A stretch of 64,000 bases of DNA from contig JBBPEB010000015.1 in NCBI GenBank assembly GCA_039096225.1, positions 1,426,001 through 1,490,000 of the forward strand, read 5' to 3'. This DNA is from Blastocystis sp. Blastoise (lineage: Eukaryota; Protista; Bigyra: Opalinata). Positions within the stretch are counted from its first letter, which is position 1, and each line of letters opens with the position of its first letter. Positions 56,500-64,000 of this stretch are shown piece after piece. The translations under genes were made by a program, and so were the position numbers. The notes under the pieces are model-generated. The model saw only the letters and a list, made by a program, of their open reading frames with translations, was not told the DNA's origin and did not search any database.

Positions 56500-58076
56500 G
56501 CACACGTATGTATTCAATATATGCATCCATCTGAAGATCTTCTAAATATAATACTACACTCTCATCATATAATCCTTGTCTATATATATATATATAATTA
56601 GTAGTGAATTCATATATAGACTAATATATATATATACATAGAAATTCCATTAATATAGAAATTTGAGTATTTATCTATATATATGTATTATATTAATAAG
56701 AGAAAAGAAAAAAATTACATAATATCATTATAATAATATATAACAAGAATTATTATAATTTATTATATAATAATAAACATAATAAATAATAATAATAATA
56801 ATATTAATAATAATAAATAATAATAATATATTAATAAATATATATATATATACATAAAGGATCGTCATGTGTCCCTCGTTTAAGGAAGAAAGTGATTGTA
56901 AACACGTCCGGTCTGAATGAACCCTCTTTATGAATAATATATAGAGAATTATATATATATATATATAAAAGAAAGAGATAGAAAGATAAATTTAAATAAA
57001 ATATATAACATATTGAATAAGTGATATCTAGCTTTATATAAGTATATATATACTAATAAGGTTTATTGACTTCACTTTTGGGAATATTTCTGGGATTTTC
57101 ATATTTAGATAATTATTAATGTTATTTGAAGAATTTAAATTTCCAAATGACTTTGATTCATCAACTATATTATCATTATTAGTTAATAATAATATAAATA
57201 ATTCATAACCATAATAATCATAATAATCATAATAATCATAATATAATCATAATAATCATAATAATCATAATAATCATAATAATATATTATTAAACATAAT
57301 AATAAACATAATAACACTATATATACCTCTTGATAAAAATGAATGTTCATATTTTAAGAAAGGAAAGGATATAAACATTCCCATAATATTAATACTACTT
57401 ATATAACGTTTATAATAACTTAAAGTGATTAATAAATCATTACTCAAATAATCTATATATATATATATAATTTAAAACTGATAAAAATTCAAAAAAAAAA
57501 CTTATGAAATATTATTTTTTATTAATAAATAATTTCATTAATATACATATATATATATACTTGGACTATAAATACACACAGGTAATTGAAAATCAATTAA
57601 TTCAAAAGAATCAATTCGATATGGAAAAATAGAATACGAATCATTATATGGATATATTTTTATATTATACATATCACAAATCCTTTGAAATCGATATCTA
57701 AATTCTGTTGAAATTTGTGCTTCTAATTGAATTTCATGAGGAAAAAACGTAATTAGACAGTCTTGGAAATAAGATAATGTTTGATCAGAATATTTCAAAA
57801 ATAGATTTGTTTTGGATTCATAATCTGGGTCTTGTTGCATTTCTTTAAACAAACCAAGAATAGTAACCAGACACATCTGTGGGTAATCAACATACCAGGC
57901 CAAGTCGTCTTCAGCAAAATTATCTTCGTTCTTCATTATATCTTCAAATAAAGAATCTGGATGACAATCAAGAATATCCTGTGGAACATCAATGACCGTT
58001 TCATCCTGAAAAAGAAATTTAACTACATAAATATAATATAAAACCTTCAATTTCATTTATCAAATAATATACCCAT
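49856..58076 (-). CDS. BTB/POZ(T1-like)-LRR protein with ~1100-aa N/D/H/S-rich low-complexity tail; 24 exons
   Basis: N-terminal IDVPQDILDCHPDSLFEDIM...WYVDYP. Many exons end in LxxLxL-type strands (FPKVKSINLI, SLLETLHL, FPHLEEVHI, CNIEKLELY, KQLDTLKIH). All 23 junctions are GT-AG and in frame. Confidence 0.75.
54639..54672 (-). other. 34-nt intron composed only of GT(AT)15AG
   Basis: Its removal is needed to keep the frame between LELY and LTLDNHTIH; the unspliced ORF stops at 54629. Confidence 0.85.
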
Positions 58077-58888
58077 TTATTTATAGATTTTGAGCGAGAA
58101 ATGGATCTGTTACTGATAAAAAGCACTTCTAATGTTTTAAGTAAATAATGCAACATAATCTGAATAGTTTATATACTAAATATGTGATTGAATTAAAAAA
58201 TAATAATGATTATGTGATAAAAAAAATATAAAAAAACAAAAAAAATAAAATACTCTAAATCTTCTCAAGTTCAAATATAAGGCTATCACAATCTTATCTT
58301 CTATGCACAACATTGTTAGTTTAAGCCATATCATTACTAAGATAGATGAATATTATTCTTTTGACGTTTCATAAGAATGATATGTGACTTGATGTATCAT
58401 AATTTCTTGAATATCGTGTCTCTATAAATATACATATATGATTTATATTGATTGAATAGCATTCTTTCTTTCGAAAAAAACAAATCTACATTTTTTCTCC
58501 TGAATTCCTGGTTTTAGCTTACTCATATATGCGTATTATAACATATGTTTATTGTTAATATTTTTTATATATATTTAAACGATTCTTATTCGTTTATATG
58601 TTATTAGATACATTAATGAGGTAATAATTTAATTTATTTATCAAATTGAGAATTCACATTATTTAGTAAAATAATAATAATTATTATTATTATAAAGAAG
58701 TTCTCTAAATTTATATAATTCTAGTAGAACATATAATATGGTGAATTCGTGTAAATAGAAAAAAAAATAAATCTTAACACAACAAATTGTGAATTGGAGT
58801 ATTATTATTCATATTTATATAAACATATAATAATAATAATGGAAAGATTAATAAAATTAATTCATTGAGATATTTTATTATATATAAT

Positions 58889-59715
58889 TTAATTAATATG
58901 AGATGATATTCCACAATAAGAAACAGAAGTATCATAAACAGAAGTCACTTGACTTGATTGAGCATAATCCATTAGTGTAGTTGTCATAGAATAACCTGAT
59001 TTCTTAATAAGATGAAGGTATATCTATAGAAACAGAGAACATAGGTTATATATATAATAATATATATAATAATAATATACATAATATACATATATATATA
59101 ATAACATATATATTATAATAATTAATATATATAATTCTATATATACAGCGATAGGATTCTTGCCACAAATAGTATTTTCATATTCATCAATATAATCATT
59201 AAAACCCTAATAAAACAAATAATATACATAATATTAATAAAATAATAAAATATATTATAATTATATAAATACTTTAGCATCATTATTACATATATATTGA
59301 GCTCCTAGTTTATCAAGCCATTCTATAGATTCATATATTTTCCCTTTACTCTTATTATATAATGTATATTCAAAGTCCATTCCCCAATGACAGAAATCAG
59401 AACTGATCACGAATAATGTATTATCATCTTTCATATAGGGTAATAATACACTATATACAGAGGGAGATAATATATAGTTTAAGAAATATCTTTATGTATA
59501 TATGCTTATAGTATTTTAATATAGATATTTTAAATATATATATATGATTTTTTAAATAGAAATGATAATAATAATAATCATATATATATATATATATACT
59601 CTGCATATTGTTCTTGTTGTTGGTTCGTAATGTCACCAACCATAATAAATATACACTTAAATTCATTTGGAATCGCATATTTTAAGAATGGAAGCATTAA
59701 TTCTAAACTAAACAA

Positions 59716-59752
<37 letters not shown>

Positions 59753-60361
59753 ATGTTCTTGTTGTTCCACTTTCATAGAAGCCGTCTTAAATAGATTCTA
59801 TATATATTGATATATATATATTATTAATTAAATTTATACAAAAATTAAAGAAAAATAATTTTTATAAATAGAAATGAAATATTAGCAAATTAACAATTCT
59901 TTTGAATATTTCATATATTCATATATAAAAAGCATACAGAAGATTTTAATTTATTAACAGCATCAACATCTACTTTTATATTACCAAGGGGACATTCCAA
60001 CTCTGTAGCTTGAGTTAATAAGCATGAATCTGTGTAATAACGATGGCAAGGTCCTAATACGATGACTCGATCATAATGTTTTCCGAGAATTGTAGAAAAA
60101 CCCTTAGAAGCTACTGGTGCTGAGTAGGTATAACCTGCGTGAGGAGAAATAATTCCTTTGACTATTTTTTCTTCAATAAGAGATTTGTCAAATTTCTCTA
60201 TAAATCATTGTTAATACTTTCACATCAAGAATACAGTCTTACTATCAAAAAGAGATATAATTTCTTTTGCTGTTCCCGGATACCTAATTCATTGTAACAA
60301 ATGCATATAGTAAAAAATACCAAGATCCACAAAATGCGGCTCGACGTATAATACTTTGCAT
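58889..60361 (-). CDS. MEMO1: MEMO1 / AmmeMemoRadiSam protein B homologue
   Basis: RRAAFCGSWY, IISPHAGYTYS, LGPCH, EHSLELMLPF, VISSDFCHWG, NTICGKNPI, YAQSS..DTSVSY. Confidence 0.93.
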
Positions 60362-61006
60362 AATGACTAAATAGCAACTATATCAAAAAAAGTAACTAAT
60401 ATCGAAAAAGAAGAAATTATTATTGTTACAAAGATGGAACTAGCAAAAATTTCTGGAAATTTGTCTACAAATTAATTATCATGGGAATAAGAAGTAATTA
60501 AGTATAAATATATATATTACCGTGAATAGGTGTGTAGATTTATTTTTTTCAAAATAATAAGAAATATTGCTTCATTGTAATAATAACAAATGCTCGTATG
60601 TTCATTCGCTTGCGTGAGAACTTATGAAAACAAATTATTATCATTTTATGCCAAAAAGTAGTTGAAAATGCCTTTATCAGTCTTGCTGATTGAATAAAAA
60701 TAAAATATTTTTATGTATTATAAATTTGCATATTGAAATAATATTTTAAAATCTTCTTTGTAAGGCATTCAACTGAGAAAACGATTTCAAATTCTATTAT
60801 AATAAAAAAATAATTGATATTCATAAACGGTAATAGTTATATATGAAACAACATTTTAAAATACCATATATATATTTAAATATGACAACAAAATTTGTAT
60901 TTAAAAAAGAATATATAATAAGAAACAATCAGTCAATTTTCAGTCAGAATAATTCTTTTTCAATTTGACTCATTTCAATACATTTATTAATAATAAAAAT
61001 ATAGCT

Positions 61007-62712
61007 ATGGAGATTGAAAAGAAGTATATAAATTGAGAATGATCATATAAATGAATTTTAAATAGTTTAAATGATGAAGTGAGCGCTAAAAATGAGAAAG
61101 ATGTTCAAGGTTTTCCTTGGGTTGAGAAATATAGACCTACTGAATTCGAAGAGATTGTATCTCATGATGATATCCTTTCTACAATTAATAAATTGATTGA
61201 AAATAAGAAATTACCACATCTTCTATTTCATGGTCCACCAGGAACAGGAAAAACAACAACTATTTTAGCTTGTGCTCGAAAGATGTATGGTTCAAACTAT
61301 AAATCAATGACTTTAGAATTAAATGCTTCAGATGATCGTGGTATTGATGTTGTTCGTGATCAAATAAAAAACTTCGCAGGAACTCAGAAACTCTTTAGGT
61401 ATATTGAATAGATAATTTTTTTTCTATAATAAATATAAATATTATTGATTATATTATATATAGTTCAGGTGTTAAATTGATTATATTAGATGAAGCTGAT
61501 AATATGACAAATGTAGCACAATTTGCACTTCGTAGAAGTATTTCTATTGTTATTTTTTTTTATTTATTTTTTTATTTATTTTTTTTTTATTTTATTTATT
61601 TATTTATTCTATTGATTTTTATTGACTTTTTTCATTATTAATCTTTATTATTATATATACTATTATATATATATATTAGTTATTGAGAAATATAGTCAGA
61701 ATACTCGTTTTTGTTTAATCTGTAATTATGTGAGTAATATTATTCCTGCACTTCAAAGTCGTTGTACATATCCTTCTCTATATATTATATATGAATTTTA
61801 TTCTGTTTATATATATATATTATTTTATTATTATGAATATATTTTATTGAATAATAATTGTCCTTTATTTATTGACTCGCTTCCGTTTCGCACCGTTAAA
61901 TGTCACAAAAATACGATCTCGTGTCGATACAATTATTAATCAAGAACAGTATGAAACTTATAATTCAATTGGCCCTATTTATTTTATTTTTCAATATTTA
62001 TAGTATATATACTATGTTCTATATAGTATAAATATTACAGAAGATGGTATCAACGCGTTATTAGAATTATGTGAAGGAGACATGAGAAAAGTCATCAATC
62101 TTCTTCAAGTATATATATTTATTATATTTATTATATTTATTATATTTATTATTCTATTTATTATTATTAAACTTATTATTATAACCATATATAGGCAACT
62201 CACATGGCTTTTCCTATAGTAAATCAAGAGAATGTATATTTATGTTCAGGTTCACCTTCTCCCGTGATTATTCAAAGTATTATGGATACTTTATTACAAT
62301 CCTCTTTCAATGAAGCAATGAAGAGTAATATTTATAGTTTTCTCAAAATCAACTTATTTATATTTATATATATTATTATTATTATTATTTTATATATAGA
62401 AATATCAGAAATCAAAGAATCACATCAATTTGCACTTCAAGATATAGTTCCATTAATTAGTAAAAAAGTTCAACAATTAGAATTACCTCCTCAAGTTCAA
62501 ATCTATTTATATAAACAACTAGCAGATCTAGAGTATATATATATATATATTGTTTTATATATAATTATTTATGAATATATACATTTTTATACTATTCTAT
62601 CTATTATACTAGATATCGTCTTGCTTCTTCATGCCAAGAGTCTATTCAATTAGGCTCTCTAATCAGTATATTTATCCTTTCAAAACCTATGTTAGAAAAT
62701 AATACACTATAA
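61007..62712 (+). CDS. RFC5: Replication factor C small subunit (human RFC5 / yeast Rfc3 type)
   Basis: PWVEKYRP, LPHLLFHGPPGTGKT, LELNASDDRGIDVVR, LDEADNMT..AQFALRR, ALQSRCTRFRFAPL, GDMRK, LADLEYRL. Confidence 0.93.
61768..61876 (+). other. U12-type AT-AC intron (109 nt)
   Basis: AC|ATATCCTT...TCCTTTATTTATTGAC|T CGC TTC restores the invariant SRCTRFRF. Confidence 0.95.
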
Positions 62713-63567
62713 ATATGTTGATATTATTATTCATATGTTTTATTTTATATGAATTATGAGTTTTTTGTTATATATTGTATATTGATATGAATAGAATGAT
62801 AACTGATTATAATATATTTTTACTTTCTAATTAATTAAGAATATTTCAATGATTATTATACATATATACAAAAAAGTATTTATAAGAGTAATCAATATTG
62901 AAATATGTTTTTAAAATATTCATTTTATAGTTATTTAGATTCCTTTCTATACTAATCACAATGTTCTATCTCTTTAATAAGCAGCAATCACCATTTATGC
63001 AAATTTTTCATTATAATATGAATATTTTTAATCAAAATTTTATGAATTATAAATTATATTATTTCTTTAATATTCAAAATAGCAATAATAACGTTCAATA
63101 CATATAAAAGCACGGATAGCATCATATAAAATCAGTTATAAATCATTCAATATACATTTATTTGAAGCAACCCGTATTTTATCTAAAAATTATATTGAAA
63201 AATAAACTTTATATTGATTATATATCACCAAACTACTCAAAATATGAAAATTTTTTTTGCGTGAGAAAAATACAATCTTCACAGTAATCATTCAGAATCC
63301 CGTTGGAAATATGTAAAAACATATAAAATTTGTTTTTCATTTATTATAAACAATAAACACATTTAAAATATTCTAGATATCTCATTCATATTCTGAATAT
63401 TAAGTAAATAGATCTGTTATCTTAATCAAGCCAACAACATAGATTTCGTATCTTCCTGTTGAAAATCTGTTTCAATAGCAGCACAAAATATCTAGAAAAT
63501 TCACATCAGCATATATATGTGTGGTAATGTGGCCCATCTGAATCTGAATATAAGTGACATATGATAA

Positions 63568-63951
63568 TTGAGTATTCAATTCCATTTATCGCTATTTCAT
63601 TTACATAATCTTATTAAAAATTGCATTGAATCGCTGCAAACACTCTCAATTCATGATTATACTAATATATATAAGAAAAATATAATGTTTTTTCGATTTC
63701 TGAAAAAGGATATATATAATAATGATGATTCTTTCATTCCTTCAATGTCAGCCTATTATTATGATTCATTTGACAAGATAAAAGGATTTGAATTGGATAT
63801 ACGAGTGTCTGTTCTTTACATTTGTTGTTAAATTAACTAATAATATTGTCTATAATGTCGTCAATAGTATATAATTATTTTAAATGAATCTATTATTATC
63901 ATGTAGATTGTTACTGACATTGAATTACACAGTCTTGATGAAGCAGCAAAT
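63568..63951 (+). CDS. Partial hypothetical gene running off the window; 5' end unresolved
   Basis: Exon-like ...DKIKGFELDIR|gt...ag|IVTDIELHSLDEAAN|gt. Confidence 0.35.
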
Positions 63952-64000
63952 GTATTTTATTATTATTATTATCGCATAAATAAATAAAAATACATTAGTT

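Noticed and set aside
57345-57372. ATATCCTTT...AC, a possible 28-nt AT-AC intron in the BTB-LRR gene
   Set aside because: Splicing would break the frame; the unspliced exon fits the flanking phase-1 introns.
1-64000. tRNA, rRNA or snRNA genes, and stop codons created by polyadenylation
   Set aside because: No RNA gene was recognisable by eye, and every complete gene model ends in a genomically encoded stop.

Overview
This is a very AT-rich, gene-dense and intron-rich eukaryotic nuclear window. Its gene content suggests an AT-rich Blastocystis/Opalinata-like gut stramenopile (inference). I manually spliced about 20 genes with roughly 140-150 introns: an Ig/HRM-repeat surface protein, a multipass membrane protein, NFX1, GPI8, a VARP-like VPS9 GEF, an Icp55/XPNPEP3-like peptidase, a hypothetical protein, an ERD2-like receptor, dynein light chain LC8, TXNDC17, a golgin-84/CASP-like protein, two LITAF-like genes, a HRD1-like E3, a WW/PH protein, an arylsulfatase pseudogene, a PPR-Smr-like protein, a BTB-LRR protein, MEMO1 and RFC5. 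Most short hydrophobic ORFs in the track are artefacts of microsatellite introns. The most striking signals concern splicing: (1) three U12-type AT-AC introns with short, uniform branch-point spacing; (2) two 47-nt introns that appear to be AT-AG with a TT|ATATATATT donor; (3) many introns bracketed by self-complementary (TA)n, including one that is simply GT(AT)15AG; (4) a BTB-LRR gene with 22 of 23 introns in phase 1 and about one LRR per exon. Also notable are a predicted catalytically dead Icp55-like protein and a recurrent sense-strand TGGGAA upstream motif. All gene models are manual and lack transcript support.
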